A stretch of DNA of 64,000 nt. Origin: Waterburya sp. (lineage in GTDB: Bacteria > Cyanobacteriota > Cyanobacteriia > Cyanobacteriales > Xenococcaceae). Positions 1 to 9,723 of this stretch are shown piece by piece (the stretch's first letter is position 1; each line of letters begins with the position of its first letter). The notes under the pieces were generated by a model. The model was given only the letters and a program-made list of their open reading frames with translations, was not told the DNA's origin and did no database searches. The stretch is from positions 2,016,001 to 2,080,000 of the forward strand of contig CBDCJV010000002.1 of NCBI GenBank assembly GCA_965217895.1. The letters are read 5' to 3'. The position numbers and the translations under genes are program-made.

Positions 1-505
1 AGTTATGAGCGTCAATCTTTCTAGCCGACAGTTTGCTCAACCTGACTTGATCGCTCAAATTCAGGAAGCTTTAATTATTACAGAATTAGATCCAGCTAAT
101 TTGAAGCTGGAGATCACCGAAAGCATGGTGATGGACGATGTGGAAAATACAATTATTTTACTCAATCAGTTGAAAAAATTAAATATTAAAATCAGCATGG
201 ATGACTTTGGTACAGGGTTTTCTTCTTTTAGTTATCTTCATCGTTTTCCCACGGACACTCTCAAAATAGATCGTTCCTTTGTCAGTAATATGAGTCAGGG
301 AGTCAAAAATTTGGAGATTGTTAATACCATCGTTATTTTGGCTCACAAACTGGGTATGGATGTCATCGCCGAAGGTATTGAAACTGAGTCAGAAAGAAAA
401 ATCATTCAAGACTTTAAATGCGAATATGGACAAGGTTATTTCTTTGCGAAACCTTTATCTCGACGTGATGCTACAGAGTTATTTGTTCAAAATAGGCAGT
501 GGTAA
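1..505 (+). CDS. EAL-domain (c-di-GMP phosphodiesterase) protein, 3' part; gene begins upstream of the window
   Basis: SVNLS, LEITES, DDFGTGFSS, KIDRSF, AEGIE and QGYFF motifs of EAL domains. Confidence 0.93.
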   Translation, partial: VMSVNLSSRQFAQPDLIAQIQEALIITELDPANLKLEITESMVMDDVENTIILLNQLKKLNIKISMDDFGTGFSSFSYLHRFPTDTLKIDRSFVSNMSQGVKNLEIVNTIVILAHKLGMDVIAEGIETESERKIIQDFKCEYGQGYFFAKPLSRRDATELFVQNRQW

Positions 506-535
506 TTTTAAAACTGCTTGTATTTGGAGCAAACA

Positions 536-593
536 GATAACTTTTTCTTTACATATCCTTAATGAGAGTAGGGTAAATAAATACTAGTAGAAT
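536..593 (+). promoter_or_regulatory. Putative Pho box (SphR/PhoB) and -10 element upstream of pstC
   Basis: Three 8-mers at 11-bp spacing (GATAACTT 536, CTTTACAT 547, CTTAATGA 558) resemble the cyanobacterial PyTTAAPyPy(T/A) repeat; TAGAAT at 588-593. Confidence 0.4.
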
Positions 594-666
594 GTTTACT
601 GATAACTATTTTAATTTCAATCATTATCCTCAGTACCAATAGAATAAAAAGCAATTTAATTAAGTT

Positions 667-1563
667 ATGAATAATAATTATGAGCCAAGAATTGAACCCC
701 GTTCGGGAATTGAAAGAAGTTTAGATACTAGTTTTTATTGGATATCAAAGATTCTGGCATTTGCGATCGCTGGTGTTTTAGTTTGGATTACAATTCAAGT
801 AGCTATTAAAGCTATGCCGGCAATCAGTGAATTTGGCTTAGGCTTTCTGACTAGCAGTAGCTGGAATCCTGTTAATAACCAATATGGAGTTTGGCCAGCA
901 ATTTACGGCACTTTGGTTAGCTCATTTATTGCCCTGGCAATTTCAGTACCAATTGGTTTAGGGGTAGCTATTTTTCTAAGTGAAGATTATTTGCCCCCTA
1001 TGGTGCAAAGAATTATTGTTTTTCTAGTGGAATTATTAGCAGCCGTACCCAGCGTTGTTTATGGTCTGTGGGGAATTTTTGTTTTGATTCCCTTCCTCAA
1101 AGGTTTTACCCCCCTTAGAGGACCTGGAATGTTACCTGCTGCTCTAATTTTGTCGGTGATGATTTTGCCCACTATTGCTGTTATTTCTCGCGATGCAATT
1201 ATCAATGTAGACCAAGGTATGCGTCAAGCAGCCGTTGGCTTAGGAGCAACTCGTTGGGAAGCTATTTTACAAATTATTTTACCTGCTGCCTCTTCTGGTA
1301 TTATCGGCGGAATTATGCTGGCTTTGGGTCGAGCTTTAGGTGAGACAATGGCAGTAACCATGTTGATTGGTAACTCTAATAAAGTCGATGCTTCGGTTTT
1401 TGCTCCCTCCAATACAGTTTCGTCTCTTTTGGCAAACCAGTTTGCTGAGGCTAGTGGCTTACAGGTAGCAGCTTTGATGTACGCAGCTTTGATTTTATTT
1501 TTTATTACCTTGGTAGTAAATGTTTTGGCACAGCTATTAGTTACTAGACTCCAAAGAATTTAA
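667..1563 (+). CDS. pstC: Phosphate ABC transporter permease PstC
   Basis: WNPV, ELLAAVPSVVYGLWG and LGRALGETMAV motifs. Confidence 0.95.
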   Translation: MNNNYEPRIEPRSGIERSLDTSFYWISKILAFAIAGVLVWITIQVAIKAMPAISEFGLGFLTSSSWNPVNNQYGVWPAIYGTLVSSFIALAISVPIGLGVAIFLSEDYLPPMVQRIIVFLVELLAAVPSVVYGLWGIFVLIPFLKGFTPLRGPGMLPAALILSVMILPTIAVISRDAIINVDQGMRQAAVGLGATRWEAILQIILPAASSGIIGGIMLALGRALGETMAVTMLIGNSNKVDASVFAPSNTVSSLLANQFAEASGLQVAALMYAALILFFITLVVNVLAQLLVTRLQRI

Positions 1564-1602
1564 GAGATTGTCAAAAATTAAGCAAAACTAATTAAAAAAA
1601 TA

Positions 1603-2499
1603 ATGACCATAAACACCTCAAAAAAATCAGGTTTTGACGTTGTAAGCCTCAATAAAAATTCCTCCTCTCCCCGTACTCTGTTTGGCTTGATTATGAGTGG
1701 TATTGCTGGCTTTTTTACCCTGCTAGCAATAATTCCTTTATTTATCATCCTGACTTATTTAATCACTAAAGGAGTTAGCTCTCTCTCTGCATCTGCTTTT
1801 ACTGAGCTACCTCCACCGCCAATGGTAGATGGCGGTGGTTTTGGAAATGCCATTTTAGGTACGCTAATCATGGTAGGTATTGGCGCATTAATCAGCGTGC
1901 CGATAGGAGTTATGGCTGCAATTTATCTCTCGGAATTTTATGAGGGTAAAGCCGCGGATTTGATTCGCTTTGCGACGAATGTACTTAGTGGCGTACCTTC
2001 AATTATTGTGGGTGTATTTGCCTATAGTGCAGTTGTTTTGACTTTTGGGAAATATTCTGCTTGGGCAGGGGGATTTGCCTTGGCAATTTTAATGTTGCCC
2101 ATCATCGTCCGTACCACTGATGAAGCCCTCAAGCTTGTTCCCCAAGAAGTGCGACAAGCATCAGTTGGTATTGGCGCAAATCAATACCAGACAGTTTTGC
2201 AGGTAGTCTTACCCGCTGCCATCCCCGCCATTATTACAGGCGTTACTCTAGCGATCGCTCGTGCTGCTGGAGAAACCGCCCCGTTGCTCTTTACCGCCCT
2301 ATTTACTCAATATTGGCCTAATTGGGGTAATGGTTTAGCTGAACCTACGGCTTCTCTGGCGGTGCTTGTTTATAATTTTGCGATCGTTCCTTTTAAAAAC
2401 CAGCAAGAATTAGCTTGGGGTGCAGCATTTATCTTGGTGCTAATGGTTTTAATTACCAGTGTTGCTTCACGCTTGGCAACGGCAAAGAGGACTTATTGA
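1603..2499 (+). CDS. pstA: Phosphate ABC transporter permease PstA
   Basis: LSGVPSIIVG and ARAAGETAPLLFT motifs; follows pstC. Confidence 0.95.
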   Translation: MTINTSKKSGFDVVSLNKNSSSPRTLFGLIMSGIAGFFTLLAIIPLFIILTYLITKGVSSLSASAFTELPPPPMVDGGGFGNAILGTLIMVGIGALISVPIGVMAAIYLSEFYEGKAADLIRFATNVLSGVPSIIVGVFAYSAVVLTFGKYSAWAGGFALAILMLPIIVRTTDEALKLVPQEVRQASVGIGANQYQTVLQVVLPAAIPAIITGVTLAIARAAGETAPLLFTALFTQYWPNWGNGLAEPTASLAVLVYNFAIVPFKNQQELAWGAAFILVLMVLITSVASRLATAKRTY

Positions 2500-2557
2500 T
2501 TTTCTGATATTGTAAATTAAAATACGGTCTTCACTTTATAATAAAACATCTAAAATT

Positions 2558-3882
2558 TTAAATTCGCGAAGAATTATTTTCGCTTTTATTACTTTGTTTG
2601 AGAATAATAAGAGATGTAATAATAACATATAACATTATCAAAAAGACGCTGAAAAATAAGGCTCTAGGTACAATAATAAAGCCAGCTATACTCAATAGTA
2701 TTCCAGATAGAAAAAGAATAATTATCTTATTACTAATTAAATCTTTAGCATCTATTTGGCTGCTAATAATCAGTAGAGGCAAGATCATTTGAATATCATA
2801 ATAAGAATATCTACCGACTGGAATAAAAAAGTCGCCGATTAAACAGATTAAAGTTCCCAATAAAAATAAATGAGCCATATTCTTATTTTTTAAGGAAAAC
2901 TTTAAAACATACAGTGAGAAAAATACTAGAGTAATTACAAATCCAATTAACAAAATATCTCGCTTGTTAGGTATATCTAAAGCATTTAAAACATCATATA
3001 AAGAAGTATTGTCAAGATAGTATTCTAAAGGGTTTCTAACGGTTGTATCGAATCCTTCAATCATTTTGGGATAAACAATATCTGGGCTAGGAAGAGTTCT
3101 TTCTGAAGGTGGCAAATATGTATTTAAATCTATAAAGCCAGTCATTCCCAGCATAGTCAGGAGGTATTTTTTCCAAATAAAAACACCAGCTACAGTACAC
3201 GATAAAGCTACGCTAAGTACTAAACCAAAAAATCCTCCTAAGAGAAAGGAATATCTCTGGCAAATTAGAAAAGGAATAAAAAATAGGATAAAAGAGGGTC
3301 TTAGGCTAACCGTTATGCCTACAAATAAACCACCAAGAATATTATTGAATTTTGATGGTTGATTTAGAAAAAACCAGGCTATTGATAGTAGAAAAACATA
3401 AACGATATATATTTGACCTGAGTTAACGTGAAAACGCCAAAACAAGCTATTGGCAAAAAAAAACTAACAACAAGTATTAAGTTCTTTTCAGGCTGAGAAT
3501 TGCTAGTTTTTAGAAAGATTATTACAGTGCCTAATAATGCTGCCCATTGGACTATTAGCCAAATTACTTTTTGCTGTAGATAAGATAGTCCTGCGATCGC
3601 TGAATGCAAAACTAAGACAGTAGGTGGAACGCTAACTTTGGACAATAATTCTGTGGGAATATCTAACGGATCGTAAAATTTTGCTGATAATCCTGGATGC
3701 CATTTAAAAAAATAAGGATCTATTCCTTCCAGCATTAATCTTGCTCCTACAATCCTATTTCTTAAATCTGTACCTGGATATATAAGAGTATTTCGTAGAT
3801 CGACTAGAAAGCCGATAATTGTAATAACTATTGCTACGATTAGCAGTAGATTTATTATTTTGTTTTTTTTAGTTAATTCCAT
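2558..3882 (-). pseudogene. Membrane glycosyltransferase (GT87/DUF2029-like) split by a frameshift
   Basis: ORFs 3379-3882 and 2558-3445 overlap and read as one protein (...VVSFF|ANSLFWRFHVNSGQ...) if the T9 run at 3455-3463 gains one base. Confidence 0.7.
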
Positions 3883-3914
3883 GTTTTTGATTTTATTATT
3901 TTGCTTTAAAAAAA

Positions 3915-4808
3915 CTAAACAGTACGAGTTGAATTAAAATTAAATCTTTCCCAGAAAAAGCCAGCAACATTAGCTACCTGAGAAATAAGAAATAAACCAG
4001 AGATAAGCAATTTTGGTTGCCGAGAAGCTTGAGAAAAAGGATAGGAAAGCAAATTAAAATAAAAGGATAATGGTTCGACTTCTATATTTTTGGCTACTCT
4101 TTGCGATTGCAATTTGTGAAAACAAAAAGCCCCTCTACCATAGCCAAAGTGTTGTTTCCAGAATGAAGCTAAACTGAGCTTGTGATAGTGATTAACCTGA
4201 GCGTCAGGAACATATAGCATCGGATAAACTTGATTCCAGCGATCGCAAAACTCTCTATCTTCCGCAGCAGCCAAAGGGAAAGATACATCAAAACCATTTA
4301 AGGCTTTAAAATTAGCAGCGGGCATGGCAATATTATTAGAAGCAAAAAAAGCATTCTTACCTTTTGCAGGGTTGTAATATTCATAGAGATAATCAATCAG
4401 TTTTTGGGATGCAGTAGAAAAAGGATTATTATCTAAAGCATTAATTGTTTTACCGCCAATCATGGCTTCTGGATTATTCGCCAAGCCAACAGCCAACTGA
4501 GCTAGCCAATTAGGGGTTGGCTGACAATCATCATCGGTAAAAGCCAAAAATTCTCCTGTTGCCACTTCTGCGCCCTTATTTCTGGCAGCAGCCGGACCAG
4601 CATTTTTTTGGCGTAATAACTTAAGATTTATCTTGTCTTGTAAAAGGGCAACTACCTCATTCAAAGGTGTTTTGCTGCCGTCATCTACTATAATTACTTG
4701 AAAATGATCGCGGGGATAGTCTAAAAGAGCGATCGCCTGTAAACAGCTTGCTAGTCTTTCAGGGCGATTATAGGTAGGAATAATAATTGAGAAAAAGGGC
4801 ATATTCAT
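3915..4808 (-). CDS. Glycosyltransferase family 2
   Basis: SIIIPTYNR, IIVDDGS, GPAAARN, FTDDD and AAEDR motifs. Confidence 0.92.
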   Translation of the reverse strand: MNMPFFSIIIPTYNRPERLASCLQAIALLDYPRDHFQVIIVDDGSKTPLNEVVALLQDKINLKLLRQKNAGPAAARNKGAEVATGEFLAFTDDDCQPTPNWLAQLAVGLANNPEAMIGGKTINALDNNPFSTASQKLIDYLYEYYNPAKGKNAFFASNNIAMPAANFKALNGFDVSFPLAAAEDREFCDRWNQVYPMLYVPDAQVNHYHKLSLASFWKQHFGYGRGAFCFHKLQSQRVAKNIEVEPLSFYFNLLSYPFSQASRQPKLLISGLFLISQVANVAGFFWERFNFNSTRTV

Positions 4809-4820
4809 AATAATAAATAA

Positions 4821-6323
4821 TTATTTAAAAGACTTTATACCGTTGACTATTTCTAATGTCGAGGATTTACCCCCAGGCAACAACAACCAAAACGCTATAT
4901 AAATCAAGCCATAAGTAACAGATCTGCCGATAAACTCCAAGAATAGGCGATCGCTAGTTATCAAACCTCTACTAAAATAGAGGCAAGCTGCTGCAATAAT
5001 CGAAGCTACAAATGGTCGCCAAATTGCATCCATAAAATCACTCCAGCCAAGAGGAGAAAACTTGAGACAGTAGTTAACCGCAGGATAGGTTAACAAACAA
5101 GTCCCAATCATATATCCCATCGCTACACCATAAGCACCCCACTTGGCACCAATGACTACCGCAGCAATCATTACTGGAGTGTGAATCAATGCCCAACGAA
5201 ACTGTCTTTGAGTTTGACCAGCAGAGACATAGAGCCATTTGGTAACGCGGTACATACTAACAACGTATACTGAAATAGCCAGTAACTTGAATAACGGCAC
5301 TGCTTCTAGCCATTGTTCTCCTAGCAGTAACAAGATGACGTTATGCGCTTCTACAAAAGAATAAGCCAAGGCAGGGAAACAAAAAGCAAAGATTGGCATT
5401 AATCCGTGACGAGAATAGGATCGATACAAATCAGGATCGTGCTGGACGCGACTGAGGCTGGATACTGCCACATCAAACATAGGAAAATAAACCTGTTCAA
5501 AAGGAAAATATGCCCATTTATAAGCTATATAGTATAAACCCAAAGCGTTAGAACCACTGACATAACCAATCAGAATGCGGTCGAGGTGCATTCCTATCCG
5601 AGTAAGAAAACGAAAGCCTGTTAAATGTCTGCCATAGCTCAACATTGAATCCAATTCGGCGTTTGAGTTATTATCTTTGACGTATTTGCTGGGTCGCCAG
5701 TCACAAACCCACCATTGAGCAATGCTTTGAGTTACCTGCATTACTGATAGTTGCAATACTAATGCCCAGTAACCCCAGCCGATTTTAGCAGCAGCGATCG
5801 CAACTATAGTACTTAACAACAGGGCAACTAATTCAATGATTGTTAGAGTTCCAAAGCGCATTTGTCGCTTTAACAAAGAATTATGTTGAAAAGCAAGACA
5901 GACACTAAATGCACCTACAGCCAGACCCAAAATCATTCCTGTGAGTCTTGATTCATTGTAAAACCTTGCCACAAAGGGAGCAAACAAGACCGTTATCCCA
6001 ATCAGTAAAGCATTAATTTTCAGCGCTCGCCAGAAAACTGCACTAGCCTGTTGCTGATCTAAAACATCTTTTTGTACTATTGCCGTTTCTAAACCAAAGC
6101 TGCTTAAGCTGTCTACCAGCAGAAATACGGGAGTAGCCATAGCCAACAGTCCGAAGTCTCCTGGAGTAAGTAAACGAGCTAAGATAGCAGTCGAACCAAT
6201 ACCCAGAACCAACTTTAGTGGCTGAGAAGCAAAGGTAATCATACCTGAGCGGATTGACTTCTGCTTCAAGTTGGCAGATAGATCGTCAGTATCAAAGTGC
6301 TGCTGAGAGGATTTCTGGGTCAT
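4821..6323 (-). CDS. Polysaccharide flippase (Wzx/WzxC-like)
   Basis: ILARLLTPGDFG N-terminal motif; polytopic 500-aa membrane protein in a GT cluster. Confidence 0.88.
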   Translation of the reverse strand: MTQKSSQQHFDTDDLSANLKQKSIRSGMITFASQPLKLVLGIGSTAILARLLTPGDFGLLAMATPVFLLVDSLSSFGLETAIVQKDVLDQQQASAVFWRALKINALLIGITVLFAPFVARFYNESRLTGMILGLAVGAFSVCLAFQHNSLLKRQMRFGTLTIIELVALLLSTIVAIAAAKIGWGYWALVLQLSVMQVTQSIAQWWVCDWRPSKYVKDNNSNAELDSMLSYGRHLTGFRFLTRIGMHLDRILIGYVSGSNALGLYYIAYKWAYFPFEQVYFPMFDVAVSSLSRVQHDPDLYRSYSRHGLMPIFAFCFPALAYSFVEAHNVILLLLGEQWLEAVPLFKLLAISVYVVSMYRVTKWLYVSAGQTQRQFRWALIHTPVMIAAVVIGAKWGAYGVAMGYMIGTCLLTYPAVNYCLKFSPLGWSDFMDAIWRPFVASIIAAACLYFSRGLITSDRLFLEFIGRSVTYGLIYIAFWLLLPGGKSSTLEIVNGIKSFK

Positions 6324-6338
6324 GACGGTTTATCTCCT

Positions 6339-7358
6339 CTATGCTTTTACCAAGCGTTTGATTTTGCCAAGCGACCAGTCTTTTGCTAGATTTGCTTTTG
6401 CAGAGATAGTTCTTTGACTATTTAAAAAACCATAAAAACGCTGTACCTGCTCTAAAGGTGAGCGATGAGAAATATTAACTGCTGTTTTTAATGCTGCACG
6501 ATCTATATTTTTAGATAGGTTAGGTAAATGTTGCTGTGTAGGAGGATATCCCAACAAATCTAGCATTGGTGCTGCAACTTGTGCTACTTTTTGTTTTTGG
6601 CGACCGCTTAAAGTCTTTTGCCATTGACCCGAACTACCCTTCCTTAAATGCTTTGGGCTTTGCTGCTGCATGGTTTTAAAAGCAACGTTGTGTTTGATTT
6701 GGGCGATCGCTTCTGGGGATAATTCTATTTCTAAATAAGCCAGTAATCCTTCTAACTCACTGTCAAATGAATGTAGCAATCGCTCATAAAAAATAGGATA
6801 AACATTTAATTCTGTCTGATATTTTAAATAACCGCCTACGTGCTGCACCCATTGGCGCGTCATCTCTTCAATCCTGTTCTCTAAATAAGCTTCGGGGTTT
6901 TGTTCGTAATGAGGCAAACTATTTTTGAGCTTATGTTCGGTAAAGGCAAACTTTGAATAAGAAATTGCCACGTCACGAGGATCGCGAATAATATAAATAA
7001 TTTTATTAAATTTAGGTAATATAGACTTGGCTAGCGGATTTAAAGTCGAATGAGTCCACACCTGACTACATTGCTGAATATAATCATCTATATCTGCAAT
7101 TTCTTCACGAAAAACTCCGCTGAGACGACAGTAGCAACTTTTTCCTTCAATAGATAAAAAATCCATCGAACTTTGACCCGCAAAGCTCAACTGCCAATTC
7201 TTTGCTTGCCGTTGAATCGGGTGCTGTTGAATATAGCTGCGATGTTCTTCTCCTGCTGAGGCGAGAATATTACGAATAATACTATAAAGCCAATAATTTC
7301 CGCTTTTAGGAACTCCTGCTTGTAATACATTTATCATTGAACATTTATCATTGATCAT
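6339..7358 (-). CDS. PAPS-dependent sulfotransferase
   Basis: GVPKSGNYW (5'-PSB), IIRDPRDVAISY (3'-PB) and LRKGSSGQW motifs. Confidence 0.9.
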   Translation of the reverse strand: MINDKCSMINVLQAGVPKSGNYWLYSIIRNILASAGEEHRSYIQQHPIQRQAKNWQLSFAGQSSMDFLSIEGKSCYCRLSGVFREEIADIDDYIQQCSQVWTHSTLNPLAKSILPKFNKIIYIIRDPRDVAISYSKFAFTEHKLKNSLPHYEQNPEAYLENRIEEMTRQWVQHVGGYLKYQTELNVYPIFYERLLHSFDSELEGLLAYLEIELSPEAIAQIKHNVAFKTMQQQSPKHLRKGSSGQWQKTLSGRQKQKVAQVAAPMLDLLGYPPTQQHLPNLSKNIDRAALKTAVNISHRSPLEQVQRFYGFLNSQRTISAKANLAKDWSLGKIKRLVKA

Positions 7359-7361
7359 TTA

Positions 7362-8612
7362 TCAGTCCCCTAGTCCCCTAGTCTCCCAGTCCCCCAGTCT
7401 TGTAGTAACAACTGAATTAGTAGTTTGATATTTCTCTTGTAAGCGAGTATAAATCTCGATAAACCTTTGGTTGCGGGTGTTTTCGCTAAATTTGACCAGA
7501 GCGCGATCGCGTCCCATATTGCCCATTTTGGCTGCTAATTGGCGGTCAGACAACAACGCAATTAAGTTTGCCGTCCAAGATTCTATATCTTCAGGGGATG
7601 GCACCAAAAAACCCGTTTCGCCATCAACAACAATTTCTGGTTGCGCGCCCACAGCCGAGGCAATTACCGCCGTTCCGCGCATCATCGCTTCAGTGGTAAC
7701 GTTGCCAAAAGGTTCTGCCCATTGAGAAGGAACTACCTGCACCCAAGCACCTGTAAGATGTTGTTCCATTTCCTCTTGTGGTAAATAGCCTAACCAAGTT
7801 ACAGCATGGGCAATGCCTAAATCTTGGCTCAAAGTTTGTAGATTGTTTTTCTCTGCACCATCACCAGCAATTAATAGTTTGGATTGAGGTACTTGTACTA
7901 AAGTTTTGGCAAAGGCTTTAAGTAGAATATCTACGCCCTTTTCTGGGACTAAGCGACCTGCATATACTATTGTAGGTATCTGACTTAAAGGCAATTGTTC
8001 TTCTCGAACTGGTACGCCGTTATAAACTACTTCAACAGGTTTAATTTCCGCTTCTTCTAGTTTTGTTTTCATACCCTGACTCAAAGCAACTACCAGATCA
8101 AAAGCATCTTGCCAGTATGACCAAAGTTTATGCTGTACCATTAATACTGCCCAAGATTGGGGAGTAAGACAGCCATTGCTCAGACAAACTGTTCCAGGTT
8201 GACTATGACAATCACTACCATCGGGTAATACTTTTGTTCCTGCGGGGCAAATTGCTTTATAGACTGCGGTTTGATAAATACAGGGGATATCTTTAAGCAA
8301 TGTCAAAATGGCTGGTGACATTTGCCACATAAACATTCTGACGTGAACCACATCAGGTTGAAATTCCCGTAGAATTTGGCGTAGTTTAAAATAAGCACTG
8401 GGGTTAATAGTCTGGGATAATACTTGCAATAAAGTATTTGTGCCAAAACAGCTATAGTCAGCTAGTAACTCGCTGTCCTTGACTGGCGTTGCCAAGCTAG
8501 AAAACAACCTGACATCGTGACCCAAATCCCGCAAACCTTGGCGTAAAGAAAGCATTTGTAATTCTGCTCCTCCCGTTGCCGTGCCGATATCGTGAATCAT
8601 CAGAATTTTCAT
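7362..8612 (-). CDS. Glycosyltransferase family 4
   Basis: GRLVPEKG and EPFGNVTTEAM motifs of GT-B fold enzymes. Confidence 0.92.
   Translation of the reverse strand: MKILMIHDIGTATGGAELQMLSLRQGLRDLGHDVRLFSSLATPVKDSELLADYSCFGTNTLLQVLSQTINPSAYFKLRQILREFQPDVVHVRMFMWQMSPAILTLLKDIPCIYQTAVYKAICPAGTKVLPDGSDCHSQPGTVCLSNGCLTPQSWAVLMVQHKLWSYWQDAFDLVVALSQGMKTKLEEAEIKPVEVVYNGVPVREEQLPLSQIPTIVYAGRLVPEKGVDILLKAFAKTLVQVPQSKLLIAGDGAEKNNLQTLSQDLGIAHAVTWLGYLPQEEMEQHLTGAWVQVVPSQWAEPFGNVTTEAMMRGTAVIASAVGAQPEIVVDGETGFLVPSPEDIESWTANLIALLSDRQLAAKMGNMGRDRALVKFSENTRNQRFIEIYTRLQEKYQTTNSVVTTRLGDWETRGLGD
7363..7400. repeat. Short tandem repeat (AGTCCCC/AGTCTCC, STRR-like) forming the GT4 C-terminus
   Basis: cagtcccctagtcccctagtctcccagtccccagtc encodes RLGDWETRGLGD; a similar tract lies at ~20405-20426. 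Confidence 0.65.
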
Positions 8613-8615
8613 AGA

Positions 8616-9665
8616 TCAACGATGAACTAGTTCTCTAGTATCAGCTTGTTTGGCAGGAGAGCTTTTTTGTCTTTGCTGCGCTGCTTGTTCGTGGCCAGAT
8701 GTTAGATAGTGATTTAGGGTTTTTTCAACGGGTGCTAATAAACCAAACATCACTAGTTTTTTTAAGAAACGATTATTTATACCTAAAGTCAGTTTATTAA
8801 CCATAGGAGACAAGATCGTATCTCTGCGTCGCCAACCTAATGCTTTGTGCTTTTGCTTAAAGTAGCTGTCCTCTGCCAAATCCCATTTTTGGCGCATCCG
8901 AATCAGGCTTTTGGTTTCCCAGTCATCGCTCCAGCGAAGCATATAATAGTGTAAGTCGCTCCACTGTAAAGGAACTGCGGGAACATAGGTAACTAAACTA
9001 TCTGGCTCAAAATAAACTTTATAACCTGCTTGCATTACGCCCAGGCAAAAATCAATATGTTCTTTGGTATTAAGCATTTCTTCATCAAAATAGCCCAATT
9101 CCTCAAAGATGCTGGTGCGGACAAGCATACAGTGAAATTCACATAGTTCGGTTTCGCTGCGCTGCATTTGCGATCGCATTTTTCCCGTTGCCTGACCCTG
9201 TTTATACATTTTTTCCCGCATCCGTCTTCTGCCTTTGGCATCAACCACAATACGAGATTCCCCCCCAGCGCAATGAATTTCTTCATGGATTGGTTCGTAT
9301 TGACACATCAAAGGTCCAACAACCACCGCATCAGTTGTTTCGGCGCAGTCTACCAAGGTTTTAAGCCAGCCTGGCTGCACGACTATATCATTATCGGCAA
9401 AGACAACATATTTAGTGTCAACCTTGGCTAAACCTAAATTACGAGCCTGATTAGGATACAGGTAATAATTGGTTCTAATTAGCTCAAACTCTTTTTGTTG
9501 GGCTTGAGTTTCTAGATATTCTTTAATCGGTTTGGGAGAATTACCGTCTACATATACAAGCTTGAAAGGTAATTCTGTATTTTGATAAATACTTTCTAAT
9601 GATTCACGAGTATAGCTAAAGCGTTCGCGAGGAACGACAACTATTGTAACTATAGGATTAGTCAT
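8616..9665 (-). CDS. Glycosyltransferase family 2
   Basis: VYVDGNSP, PNQARNLG and FADND motifs. Confidence 0.88.
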   Translation of the reverse strand: MTNPIVTIVVVPRERFSYTRESLESIYQNTELPFKLVYVDGNSPKPIKEYLETQAQQKEFELIRTNYYLYPNQARNLGLAKVDTKYVVFADNDIVVQPGWLKTLVDCAETTDAVVVGPLMCQYEPIHEEIHCAGGESRIVVDAKGRRRMREKMYKQGQATGKMRSQMQRSETELCEFHCMLVRTSIFEELGYFDEEMLNTKEHIDFCLGVMQAGYKVYFEPDSLVTYVPAVPLQWSDLHYYMLRWSDDWETKSLIRMRQKWDLAEDSYFKQKHKALGWRRRDTILSPMVNKLTLGINNRFLKKLVMFGLLAPVEKTLNHYLTSGHEQAAQQRQKSSPAKQADTRELVHR

Positions 9666-9723
9666 AAACTTTATCTTTGTTTGGGATAAACTAGCTAAAT
9701 TTAATCAGGCTAACAGCTAACGA

